Source: Aureliella sp.
Lineage (GTDB): Bacteria > Planctomycetota > Planctomycetia > Pirellulales > Pirellulaceae
Direction of reading: 5' to 3'
Length of the DNA: 64,000 nt
NCBI GenBank assembly: GCA_963691875.1
Contig: OY829846.1
Coordinates: 4,384,001-4,448,000 of the forward strand
Shown here: piece by piece, positions 1 to 9,546 of the stretch
How the letters are laid out: the number at the start of each line of letters is the position of its first letter
Position numbering within the stretch: the stretch's first letter is position 1
The notes under the pieces: model-generated
Told to the model about the DNA's origin: nothing
What the model saw: the letters and a program-made list of their open reading frames with translations, nothing else
Databases searched by the model: none
Translations under genes and position numbers: made by a program

Positions 1-540
1 CAGATTGCCGCTCTGGCTCCTTGCAGCGTGGAGCAAGTGCGCGATGTAGCGTTTACTTCTGGATTGCAGAACGAGTACGAAACAGGGCTGATCAACAGCG
101 ATGCGTACTGCCAACGAGTTAATTCGCTTTTGAACGCCAACTTGCAGCGCGAGCAAATCTTGGAGGCCATCAGCGATATCTTTACGGTGAATCAACCGAT
201 TCTCGATGCACTACAGTTGTTGCGTGATCGCAGAATCCCAATGGGCATTCTTTCTAACACTTGTTCAGCGCATTGGGACTGGATCGTAGCCCAAAACTGG
301 CCAATCCCAGGTGACTGGTTCGAGCTGCAAGTGCTAAGTTACGAGGTTCGCAGCATGAAGCCTGATGCTTGGATCTACGAAGTCTGTGAAGAACGAGCGA
401 GACGCAGACCAAGTGACTTGTTTTTTACTGACGACCGCATCGAGAATATCGAAGCCGCAGAGAACCGTGGTTGGAGCACTTACCACTTTGGCAATGCACA
501 AGAACTGATCTACAAATTGCAGAGCTGGCTCGACGGGTAA
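1..540 (+). CDS. HAD-superfamily phosphatase, 5'-truncated by the window edge
   Basis: Frame is open from base 1. Shows HAD motifs II-IV: ILSNT, MKPD and FFTDDRIENIEAA. Motif I (DxD) presumably lies upstream of the window. Confidence 0.85.
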   Translation, partial: QIAALAPCSVEQVRDVAFTSGLQNEYETGLINSDAYCQRVNSLLNANLQREQILEAISDIFTVNQPILDALQLLRDRRIPMGILSNTCSAHWDWIVAQNWPIPGDWFELQVLSYEVRSMKPDAWIYEVCEERARRRPSDLFFTDDRIENIEAAENRGWSTYHFGNAQELIYKLQSWLDG

Positions 541-557
541 TGGAAAGTTGGTAGCTT

Positions 558-2447
558 CTATTTCTTGCCGAGCCACGTTTTTACGAGAGTTTCCGGTGGG
601 GCGAAGCTGAATGTTGCAGCGTCATTGAAACTGCGACCCTCGCGAAGCAATTTGATCAAGCGATCAAAACGCTGCCGATTGTTCATCATGAAGTTTGTAA
701 GAGCCATGCCAACCAAGCCTGCCGCTTCTTCGTCCAGTCGATCGTCCAGCAGAGACCGGGCGGAATCGACCTTCTGCATTGCGATCGGAATGGCGGACTG
801 CCAGCCTGAGACACGTTCATCGCCTCGCTTGTAAGTCGTTGCGACGAGGTTTCGAGCCACGCCTTCCGCAAACCATGTCGGCACCGCTTTGAAGCCGCCG
901 ACATAAGCGCCAGCAACCACTTGAAGAACCAAAGCTTCTGCCTGCTTCTCTTCCAACTCCTCTCCTGCTGATAGCACGGCGTAGACGTCGAGTGGATCTG
1001 CCATCCAGTGCCCGAGCCATTCTTGAGGGAGTTCTCGATTCTCAGTCATCTTGCCGAATTCACCGTAGTCATAACGGCTCTTGAGAACAAAGATCGTGAT
1101 GCCACCTTTGACGAGCGGATTGCGCGATGGAGCACGCATGAGTTTCTTGGTTTGCTTGACCGCGTTTGTGGCGCGATTCAGGACAGCTTCGACGCTGGAT
1201 GGAGGGACATTTCCAAGGACGACAACCTCGTTGCTGTTTGCCATTTCTGGGGAATCATTCGGAAGCACTTTCGACCACTTGGCGAGACTTCGTTCCTTGC
1301 GCCGCTCAAAAAGCTCTTCGTGCGTAGCTGTTTCCGCCCAACCGGTATTCACGACGGTTTCGATATTCGTTTCAGGAGAATCGCCGTCAAAAGCGGCGCC
1401 TTCGCGAATCCAAGTCGAGATGAGACTGATCTGTTCGTCGGAGAGTGCTGGTCGACCAGCTGGCATCCGCCTGCCTTCGCCTTCTCCCTTCAGTCGCTGT
1501 AGAAGCAAACTTTTGTTTACGTTAGACCCAGCGAATAGCTCGCCACTGTCTCCTCCTCGAAGCAACTGTGTGAAACTGTCCAATCGCAAGTTGCCAGACG
1601 CTCGCATACCACCTATGTGACAGCCCTTACAGTTGTCCATCAAGATCGGAGCGACATCGCGAGAGAAGCTGACTGTCTCGGTTCCGTTCGGCTTCTTGGC
1701 GGTAGCTCTTGGGCGAGGTGCTTCCATCTCGGCACCGTCACGTTTCGCGTAAGTATTGAGATTGGCATTGGGGTCGGGTCCGTCGAACTTAGCGCCCTGA
1801 GCGATCCATGCTTTCAACGCTTCGAGTTGTTCTGGTTTGACTTTGGCTCCACCGCGTGGCATATCTCCCGATTCGATCACTTCGACGAGCATGCTGCCTT
1901 TGGCATCACCCGCGTAGACGACTTTTGCTCCACGGACACCTTTCGCAAGATCTACATAGCTGGCCATGGAGAACTGGCCACGTTGGCTGTTGATGTGGCA
2001 GTTACCGCAGGCACTGATAAACCAAGGTGCAATGTCGTCCTTGAAGCTGACGGGCTTTACCGCAGGTTCATCCGGCGTCATTTTTCCGGTGGTAATATCT
2101 TTCCAGCTGGGAAGTGCTTCTAGCTCAGCACCTTCTAGTTCGAGCAGCCCATGAGCACGTTGCAGCCTTGAGTAGACCGAGCGAACGGCCTTCAATACGT
2201 CTTTATCTTTGGACTTAACTAGCTCGAGAAAATCTTTTTGAACCGCTGCAACTTTTTCTGCACACTTGACGAATTCGCCAGATGTGAAGAGTTTGCCCGC
2301 CTCCGTGGTCTGAGTCGTCATCTCCTTGATCTTCGCGCGCTGCTCGGGCGTGATGGCCGCCAGCAGCTGGCCAGTACACAGGACCAGAATGACGGTGGAA
2401 AGCAATTTGGTGCGAAAGAACATGGCGAAACCAATTCTCTTGAACAT
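558..2447 (-). CDS. Secreted protein with two planctomycete-type cytochrome c domains and a C-terminal zincin/peptidase-MA-like domain
   Basis: Signal-peptide-like N-terminus. Two VSFxxD(I/V)AP...CxxCH...MP...WIxxGA domains (CGNCH, CKGCH). C-terminal PTWFAEGVA motif. Confidence 0.85.
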   Translation of the reverse strand: MFKRIGFAMFFRTKLLSTVILVLCTGQLLAAITPEQRAKIKEMTTQTTEAGKLFTSGEFVKCAEKVAAVQKDFLELVKSKDKDVLKAVRSVYSRLQRAHGLLELEGAELEALPSWKDITTGKMTPDEPAVKPVSFKDDIAPWFISACGNCHINSQRGQFSMASYVDLAKGVRGAKVVYAGDAKGSMLVEVIESGDMPRGGAKVKPEQLEALKAWIAQGAKFDGPDPNANLNTYAKRDGAEMEAPRPRATAKKPNGTETVSFSRDVAPILMDNCKGCHIGGMRASGNLRLDSFTQLLRGGDSGELFAGSNVNKSLLLQRLKGEGEGRRMPAGRPALSDEQISLISTWIREGAAFDGDSPETNIETVVNTGWAETATHEELFERRKERSLAKWSKVLPNDSPEMANSNEVVVLGNVPPSSVEAVLNRATNAVKQTKKLMRAPSRNPLVKGGITIFVLKSRYDYGEFGKMTENRELPQEWLGHWMADPLDVYAVLSAGEELEEKQAEALVLQVVAGAYVGGFKAVPTWFAEGVARNLVATTYKRGDERVSGWQSAIPIAMQKVDSARSLLDDRLDEEAAGLVGMALTNFMMNNRQRFDRLIKLLREGRSFNDAATFSFAPPETLVKTWLGKK

Positions 2448-2615
2448 TCTCAGGGGTTTGAGATCAGCGGTTTGGACTTCAAACTCGGATTCTCATGTTG
2501 AGAAAACCGTAAAAAGAGGGTAGCCGATAGCTACTCCCGTTCTAATAGCGAAACGAAGGATGGCGTGTACTCAGACCAATCAATGTCGAGAACAACCGGA
2601 GCGGATGTCGCTAAA

Positions 2616-4139
2616 TCAGGCAACTTTGGACGAAATTCTAGGCTGAACTACTAGTGTGTTTTCCAAAGCCCCTGTTCCGCTCTCTTTGGGGCTTTGCGTC
2701 CGCGGAGTAGTCAGTTTTGCGATGAATACCCCGAGAAGGACGGCAAACAAAAACATGATCGCCAAGCCAACGACGTAGATTGGTTTTATTCCAGAGGTAG
2801 TGGGTTGGATTTCTGAAATGTTGCTACTCGCGCGAGATTGGCTGCGACGGGCGATTTCCATTTCCAGATCAATCTTGCTGCTTGCATCCGACTTGCTTGG
2901 ACTCCGCCGAATAAGTACTCCACTGTCTGAGGCTGATAGATTCGTCACCGAACTACCTGATTTGCCAGCGAGTGTGTCGTCACCGCGATTGCTTATCGTG
3001 TCGACTCCTACTTCGACGGCAGATCCAGAATCGCCACCTCGCTCGTCGCCCAGGTTCACTGAGCTGCCAGCACTCGAGCCACTGCTTGAGACAGGAGTTT
3101 TCGTCTTCGCGAGCCAAGCTTCTAGAACCTCTGCAGTCTGATTGGCAGAGGCGTATCGGAATTTGGGATCTTTCTGCAATAGCTTCCAGCAAATACCTTC
3201 CAATTCGCCAGGGCAATCTGTACGCAGCTTTCGAATCTCTGGGGGCATCTCTTTCTGATGCTTCGCAATTCGCTGGGCGATCGATCCGTCAGGAAATGGC
3301 GGTTGGCCGGTTAGCAAGAAGTACATCGTGCACCCCAAACCGTACAAGTCTGCTCGGTGGTCTACGTTGTGACTGTTCAATGCCTGCTCTGGGGCCAGGT
3401 AGTCAGCGGTGCCGAGCACTTTGTCATTGAAGTCCATGGTGAGAGAGGCGTCTTCGTCTTCGGAGAAAAGAGCCAAACCCAGATCTAGCAGTTTAACTTT
3501 GCCTTTGGAGTTGATGAGGACGTTTGCAGGTTTCACATCGCGGTGAATCAAACCGATATCGTGAGCGTGTTGCAATCCGTGGGCGGACTGAGCCATGTAG
3601 TTGGCGACGTCTTCAAAGTCGAGTGGCCCATTGTCCTTGACGATCGTCTGCAAGTCGTCACCATCGACGTATTCCATGACGATGTAGTGTGTGTTGCCTT
3701 CGTGATCAATGTCGTGTGCCCGGACGATGTTCGGGTGGTTCAGCGACGCGATGGCTTTCGCTTCTTGCTGAAAGCGGGCTAGATACGAGGACTTACCAAG
3801 TTTGCTCTGTGGAAGGACTTTTACTGCGCGATGATCGTGCAGCTTGGTATGCTCAGCGAGGTAGACACTGCTCATGCCACCGCTACCAATGTGTCCGAGC
3901 AACTTGTGTTTGCCGAGGAAGAAACCCTTGTACTTACCCAGCAGAAGTTTGTCGCAATGCCATTGAGTGACGATCTTCTTTTCGATCAACTTCTGAGCCA
4001 ACTCAGAAGCAGGTTCTGGGAGTTCACCATCGCTTTCAGCACGAATCTCATCAAGAGCAGCAGTCAGTTGCTCTGGAGTTGAGAGCCCGCTCTTCTCCAC
4101 TAACAGGGCAAATTTTTCTGACTTCTCAACCTTAGCCAT
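2616..4139 (-). CDS. Hanks-type Ser/Thr protein kinase with C-terminal transmembrane helix
   Basis: Motifs GSGGMSSVY, AVKVL, HRDVKPAN, DLGLA and GTADYLAPEQ, followed by a Ser-rich linker and a hydrophobic helix. Start placed at ATG 4139 (MAKVEK); the ORF track extends to 4295. Confidence 0.93.
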   Translation of the reverse strand: MAKVEKSEKFALLVEKSGLSTPEQLTAALDEIRAESDGELPEPASELAQKLIEKKIVTQWHCDKLLLGKYKGFFLGKHKLLGHIGSGGMSSVYLAEHTKLHDHRAVKVLPQSKLGKSSYLARFQQEAKAIASLNHPNIVRAHDIDHEGNTHYIVMEYVDGDDLQTIVKDNGPLDFEDVANYMAQSAHGLQHAHDIGLIHRDVKPANVLINSKGKVKLLDLGLALFSEDEDASLTMDFNDKVLGTADYLAPEQALNSHNVDHRADLYGLGCTMYFLLTGQPPFPDGSIAQRIAKHQKEMPPEIRKLRTDCPGELEGICWKLLQKDPKFRYASANQTAEVLEAWLAKTKTPVSSSGSSAGSSVNLGDERGGDSGSAVEVGVDTISNRGDDTLAGKSGSSVTNLSASDSGVLIRRSPSKSDASSKIDLEMEIARRSQSRASSNISEIQPTTSGIKPIYVVGLAIMFLFAVLLGVFIAKLTTPRTQSPKESGTGALENTLVVQPRISSKVA

Positions 4140-4436
4140 AACGGCCCTTGCTTTTGGGACTTTCCTAGAATTCCCGCACTCTACAAAATGATTCAGTAGA
4201 AGCTGATTCTCAGAGACTAGATTCTTGTTCGACGAGATCGATAGCGAGTTTTCCAAGATCCCTGAGGATAGCAGGAACGGCTGGCGAGTAAACAATGGGT
4301 AACAGATTCGCGGGCTCGGACCATCTTAGATGAATCAGAGCTCGGTGACTATTATTCCAAATCTCTGATATCTCGCAGATAACAGCAATCCAAGTTTTCT
4401 GTTGCCGATTTCTCCGTTCAGTCGGATTACACCACC

Positions 4437-5609
4437 GTGTCAAATTCCCCGAAATGCTCGAAAATACACAGCACGGATGTTCTTGTTTTAGGGGCAGGTG
4501 TGGTTGGATTGTCAATCGCCTGGGAGCTCTCCAAACGTGGACAAAGTGTCATCATCGTTGATGCTGGCCAAATTGGTCGCGGTCGAAGTGGAGCATCCTC
4601 ATGGGCTGGCGCGGGTATTCTGCCTCCGGCGCCGACCAAGAACGCCATCGATCCACTCGACAAGCTAAAGGTCCTTAGTCACCAAGTCCAAGCGGATTGG
4701 GCGAGAGAACTAGTCGAATCTACAGGCGTTGAGACAGGCTACCGAAGATGTGGTGGCATCTACATGGCACTCACCCAAGGTGAACTCGCGACACTTGTCG
4801 CGGGAGAAGCCTGGTGGGACGAGCACGGCATCCAGCATCATCGGCTATCCACTGATCAGCTCGCCGCACTGGAACCAGCGCTTTTCAGCGGCAAGGGCCA
4901 GGAACGAAATGATATCAAAGGAAGTTGGTTGCTTTCCGATGAATGTCAGATTTGTAATCCACATTTGTTAAAGGCCCTTCATGCTGCCTGCGAAGCAGCT
5001 GGAGTTCAGGTTCTCGAGAATTGCGAAATCGTTAACCTTGAAATGAATCCTGAGGGACGAGTTGCAGCAATCTTAACCGCAGGTGGTGAGCGGCTTTGGG
5101 CCGAACAAGTTTGCATCTGCTCAGGTGCCTGGAGCATCAATTTGCTTAAGCAATTTCAAATACCGAACGGCTTGATGCCTGTTCGTGGCCAAATGTTACT
5201 TTACGAATTCAGTGATCCACCTTTGAGCCATGTGATCAATGAAGGCAATCGCTACTTGGTTCCCAGAGATTCCGGCCAGCTGCTCTGCGGCAGTATCGAG
5301 GAGGAAGTTGGGTTCGATGCGGAAACTACTGAGGCGGCTCTGGATAAAATCCGCCTATGGGCCGAATCGGTTATGCCGATGCTTCGAGAGAGGCCTGTTG
5401 CGAAGTCCTGGGCGGGACTCAGGCCTGGCAGCTACGACGGAGTTCCTTATCTCGGCTCGGTTCCCGGATATGAAAATCTGTTCGTTGCGACAGGACATTT
5501 CCGCAGTGGTATTCATCTTTCTTGTGGCACCGCTTTGTGCATGGCCGATTTGATTACAGGGCAGAAGCCAGTACTGGATCTGACGCCTTTTCGCATTGGT
5601 CGTGGGTGA
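4437..5609 (+). CDS. thiO: Glycine oxidase ThiO-like FAD-dependent oxidoreductase
   Basis: GAGVVG FAD motif, ASSWAGAGIL, PVRGQ, WAGLRP, ATGHFRSGIHL. Confidence 0.8.
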   Translation: MSNSPKCSKIHSTDVLVLGAGVVGLSIAWELSKRGQSVIIVDAGQIGRGRSGASSWAGAGILPPAPTKNAIDPLDKLKVLSHQVQADWARELVESTGVETGYRRCGGIYMALTQGELATLVAGEAWWDEHGIQHHRLSTDQLAALEPALFSGKGQERNDIKGSWLLSDECQICNPHLLKALHAACEAAGVQVLENCEIVNLEMNPEGRVAAILTAGGERLWAEQVCICSGAWSINLLKQFQIPNGLMPVRGQMLLYEFSDPPLSHVINEGNRYLVPRDSGQLLCGSIEEEVGFDAETTEAALDKIRLWAESVMPMLRERPVAKSWAGLRPGSYDGVPYLGSVPGYENLFVATGHFRSGIHLSCGTALCMADLITGQKPVLDLTPFRIGRG

Positions 5610-5649
5610 AGGGTCGATCCAATCGATTCGGTAGATCAGTCGGACTCTC

Positions 5650-6708
5650 TCAGCGTTGATAGATGGGCAGCAGGCCTCGGTCGAGTTGAAGCATGATTAA
5701 GTTGCAAGCCGTGATGTAGACCGGATCAATCTGTGCTTCCCAGGATCCATCGGCATTCTGCTCTTTGACGATTCGTGAGTAGAGACTGTCGCGGAATGGC
5801 TTCCACTGCTTGTCGCCTTGTCGATAGACAACTTGGCTGTAGTACAAGTATGTGTAATGCCAGTGGCCAAAGGAAGATGCTTCATCGGTCAAGCCGTGTA
5901 GCTTATCTTTGGAGTACTTTAGCATTTCCGGTACGTGCTCGCCGTCGTAGTCGCCCGCATTGTACAGTGCCGCTAGGGCAGCGGCGGTGATTGCGGGTCT
6001 GGAAGTTCCCATCTGCTTGCTAGAGTAGCTGATCCCGCCATCTTCATTCTTGCATTTGTAAATGTACTTTTTGGCGCGTTCGATGACGTCGGCAGAGACC
6101 GCGATGCCAGCGTTGCGGCAACCGCGCAGACCTTGCACTTGGGTGATGGTCGTGGAACCTTCATCGTACTGAGCACCGTCTTTAGCGCTGACGTAACCCC
6201 AGCCGCCTTCGTCCGTTTGAGCAAAGCGACAAAATGAAACCGCGCGGTTCAGGACATCAATCAGTTCTTCACGCGTGTCTTTGAAACCTTCTTCGCCCAA
6301 GATCTGGCTGAGCATCAGCATTGAAAAACCGTGGCCGTAGGTATAGCGATTGTCGCTCAAAGGCTCACCAATGAGTCCATTGGGCCGACTCTTGCTGATT
6401 AGATAATTCGTGCAGCGCTCAATCTGCTTGGCGTACGGTCCCTGGGTTGTCGTCGAACCAGAGCAAATAAGCGCCGTACCAGCCAAGGCGGCCAAAGCCG
6501 TATTATGTGGCGGGGTGTTCCACTCGCCTCGAGTATTTTGATGTCGGGCCAAGTAGTCCAAGCCAGCACGGATCGACTTCTCCCACTCGGGCCGGTAGTC
6601 GGATCCGAAAGTCAACCCAGCACTTCCCATGGCTGCCGTACAAGCCATGGCTCGAGTCAACATGGTTCGGCGTGACACGCGATGCAAGTTAGTGTGTTGG
6701 TTTTTCAT
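5650..6708 (-). CDS. Prenyltransferase/squalene-oxidase repeat protein, Tat-exported
   Basis: SRRTML twin-arginine signal. QW-like repeats QNTRGEW, QTDEGGWGY and QNADGSW. Start moved to ATG 6708. Confidence 0.85.
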   Translation of the reverse strand: MKNQHTNLHRVSRRTMLTRAMACTAAMGSAGLTFGSDYRPEWEKSIRAGLDYLARHQNTRGEWNTPPHNTALAALAGTALICSGSTTTQGPYAKQIERCTNYLISKSRPNGLIGEPLSDNRYTYGHGFSMLMLSQILGEEGFKDTREELIDVLNRAVSFCRFAQTDEGGWGYVSAKDGAQYDEGSTTITQVQGLRGCRNAGIAVSADVIERAKKYIYKCKNEDGGISYSSKQMGTSRPAITAAALAALYNAGDYDGEHVPEMLKYSKDKLHGLTDEASSFGHWHYTYLYYSQVVYRQGDKQWKPFRDSLYSRIVKEQNADGSWEAQIDPVYITACNLIMLQLDRGLLPIYQR

Positions 6709-6875
6709 CGGTATTGGGGATGGTGCAGTTGACTTGTTTAAGGCGGAGGGCGAGCCAGAATCAGCTACCCAAAGTGCGTTTCCAAGCATTATTCCCTCAG
6801 GTAAATACACTTTCCATTGGTAGCTAACCTGCCGGTCGCCTTAGTGGCCTCATTATAGCCCGAGCGGGCTGTTTT

Positions 6876-7730
6876 CTACCAAGCCAGCTTTTCGGGGAAA
6901 TACTCGCCAATCAGATCCTGGTAAAAGGGCTTTAGCTGTGACACATTCATTTTCTCATCGCGTTTGGTGTACAAATCGTAACGATTGAAGGCACAAACCC
7001 AGTTCAAACTCGACTGATCCGCTTCCTTCAACAGGTGTTTATAAGCGCCCTCTCGATGAATGGGATAGCAGGAGTGATAGCGAATCATCGCCAATGCTGG
7101 TGCTGGTAAATAATCACACACGACATGATAGAGATACTCGTCGTGCCCCCATGACAGCATCAATTTGTCCAGTCCACAGCCTGGTTCGTAAATTCCGTTT
7201 TCAGACTGGTAGCATTTGTTGTGCCAGTCTGGGTTCTGCTGGAAGGCTTCGTAGTAAACGATCTTTTCTGAATAACGGCAGCCGACCGGAAAGGTATCTC
7301 CCACGACGGACCACTGTGGTTCGCCCCAAAGGCAAAGGATCTTACCAAGATCGTGAATGAGACCTGCCAGGATGAACCAGCGTGGATGCCCATCGGCGCG
7401 AATGGCCTCGGCGGTCTGAAGCAGGTGCTCGATTTGCGGCAAGTCGAGATCTGGATCGCTATCGTCCACCAGCTCGTTGAGAAACTCCATAGCTTCCCAG
7501 ATGCTCATTTCCGCCTTGCTCAGTGATAAATACTGTTCGCGTTTCTGTTTGACGAATTCTAGAGTCTGATGCTCGTGGTTCAAGCGATAGAATTCTTTGA
7601 CGCTGAAACGTGCTTCTGCATCGAAATCACGAAAGCTGTTTTCAGGCTCGGTAGCGTCCCCAATTGGGGCAGGGTAGCGAAGGCGGAGGTCGTCCTCCCA
7701 AGCTTCGATCTCGTCAAATTTTCCTGACAT
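6876..7730 (-). CDS. myo-Inositol oxygenase (MIOX family)
   Basis: [33 protein letters not shown] and YDLYTK motifs, so the di-iron ligands are present. Confidence 0.92.
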   Translation of the reverse strand: MSGKFDEIEAWEDDLRLRYPAPIGDATEPENSFRDFDAEARFSVKEFYRLNHEHQTLEFVKQKREQYLSLSKAEMSIWEAMEFLNELVDDSDPDLDLPQIEHLLQTAEAIRADGHPRWFILAGLIHDLGKILCLWGEPQWSVVGDTFPVGCRYSEKIVYYEAFQQNPDWHNKCYQSENGIYEPGCGLDKLMLSWGHDEYLYHVVCDYLPAPALAMIRYHSCYPIHREGAYKHLLKEADQSSLNWVCAFNRYDLYTKRDEKMNVSQLKPFYQDLIGEYFPEKLAW

Positions 7731-7760
7731 GCGAAGCCTCTGAGTGTGGAGATCAGCTGG

Positions 7761-9410
7761 TTAGTCTTTTCCGTAGTGCTTGACCTGCTCCCAGAACCGA
7801 TCAAAGTTCTTATCCACTGGATGGAAGTCTGGGCTGTTGTCGAGGTCGTGACAACGAATGCATCCAGTCTTGGGGTTGGTCTTCATTTCTTCGATTGTAA
7901 CAACCATTTGCTGCTGAAGTTTCACCAAGGTTTCGTTTTCGACATCGACATCACCATTCTCAGCGTCCACGTGAGCCTTGCCTGGTCCGTGGCAATTCTC
8001 GCAGCCACTGCCGACCAGCAGAGGCGTTGTTTCTGGACTAAGAAACCCTGTTTCGTATGGGTAATGATGCTCAGTATTCCAACCTGTTGCATGGCAGCTC
8101 ACGCACTCTGGGTCATAGTGCCGCGGAATCCCACCGCGATCGTTGTCGGCCGCCACGATGCTTTCCGTCGCATGCACGTGCGGTGAGTTTTCCCAGATCT
8201 CGTAGGCCGTCGTATGGCAATCACCACAGGCTTCTGAGCCTACGTATTGGCCGCGTGTGTTTTTCGAAACGCTGGCTCCAAGCGCGTCAAAGCCCTCATC
8301 CTTGAGCTGCATCTGGTAAGCCGCAAAACGCTCCAGCATGCGTTTTGAATCTTCGAACTGCGACGAGATAGCTATCCGCTGATAACGAATCGGGCTCTTG
8401 GGATCGTCAAACAGTCCAAGGATGCCAGCATACATTCCTTTAACACCGGTTTGCACAAAGATCGTATCGCAGCCTTCGACGGTCTGAGGTTTCATCGTCG
8501 GCTCGCCGTAGCCGGGGTAGATAACGAGATCGATGCCCGTGACTTGCTTCGCTACTTCTTCGGCTTCTTCACGCTGCGACTGTGACAAGAGCACGATGTA
8601 ATCACACTTCTGTTCCTGCAATTCCTGAATCACCGGCAGCAGTGACTCGACCGGATTCTCAATGATTAGCTCATCGCTTTCTTTGAATTCCTTGTGGTAC
8701 TTGGAGCCGAGGATACCAGTGATCCCAATCCTCCGCCCGCCTCGCTCGATGATGCGAAATCTCTGCGAGTAGGAATCGTCGAAGATCGTGACGTTTGCGG
8801 AAACAAACATGCTCGGATTCGACTCTTCGTGTCCAGCAATCTGAAGCAACTCTACAGAAGGCAGCTTCAGATCGTCAGGCCCAAAAGTAATTGCCTCGTA
8901 GCCCATTTCCTTGAGAGCTTCCGCAGTCGTATTGAACTTGATGACTGACTGCCGCGGAATTCGACGGACTTGGTTTCCAGCGTCGATTGGGATTAGGTCC
9001 CAGCCTTTATCACGTAGCTGAGTCATCAAGGTATCGCGGCGAATCAAGCCGCCTTTTTGATTCTCGAGTCCCGTGCACCCGCAAGGTTCTATATAACCAT
9101 GCTGTTCGCCTGAAATAAATAGCACGGTTTGGGGTTTGGGCCAGTCTTTGCCCAGCTCCTGATTTCTCTCTTCCTCGGTTGCGACGTTGGCTGCTGGTGG
9201 GAGCTGGGCAGTAGAATCCAAGGATTCCTTCACCTTATCCTGTGCTGCCGGTTTCGCCGTGTCCTCCTTCGAGGAGGCATCTTGCATCGCATCGGCCTTA
9301 GTGATCGCAGCGGTCTCTTCGGGCGCAGGGCCCTCTTCCGTCGGGTTCTGCTTGCAGCCGACTGCGGCCACCAGTGTGAATACGAAGCCAAGGCCGAGGA
9401 TGAACCTCAT
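7761..9410 (-). CDS. Lipoprotein with 5'-nucleotidase(UshA)-like N-domain and tetrahaem c554-like C-domain
   Basis: Lipobox AVGC, GYIEPCGC motif, four CxxCH motifs (CGDCH, CVSCH, CENCH, CIRCH). Start moved to ATG 9410. Confidence 0.85.
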   Translation of the reverse strand: MRFILGLGFVFTLVAAVGCKQNPTEEGPAPEETAAITKADAMQDASSKEDTAKPAAQDKVKESLDSTAQLPPAANVATEEERNQELGKDWPKPQTVLFISGEQHGYIEPCGCTGLENQKGGLIRRDTLMTQLRDKGWDLIPIDAGNQVRRIPRQSVIKFNTTAEALKEMGYEAITFGPDDLKLPSVELLQIAGHEESNPSMFVSANVTIFDDSYSQRFRIIERGGRRIGITGILGSKYHKEFKESDELIIENPVESLLPVIQELQEQKCDYIVLLSQSQREEAEEVAKQVTGIDLVIYPGYGEPTMKPQTVEGCDTIFVQTGVKGMYAGILGLFDDPKSPIRYQRIAISSQFEDSKRMLERFAAYQMQLKDEGFDALGASVSKNTRGQYVGSEACGDCHTTAYEIWENSPHVHATESIVAADNDRGGIPRHYDPECVSCHATGWNTEHHYPYETGFLSPETTPLLVGSGCENCHGPGKAHVDAENGDVDVENETLVKLQQQMVVTIEEMKTNPKTGCIRCHDLDNSPDFHPVDKNFDRFWEQVKHYGKD

Positions 9411-9546
9411 GTTAGCAAAACCATTGCTTTCGACTCGCCAAACTGGGTGCGACAAAAGAACTGACTTGGTCACTCGTGCTGTCCTTGTTTTGCTGCAACC
9501 ATTCTGATTCCCTAGGCTAAATGCCTTTGTGCTAGCGAAAGCTTGC

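Noticed and set aside
9074..9082. Possible selenocysteine in the CxC motif of the UshA-like cytochrome
   Set aside because: The codons are TGC-GGG-TGC, with no in-frame TGA.
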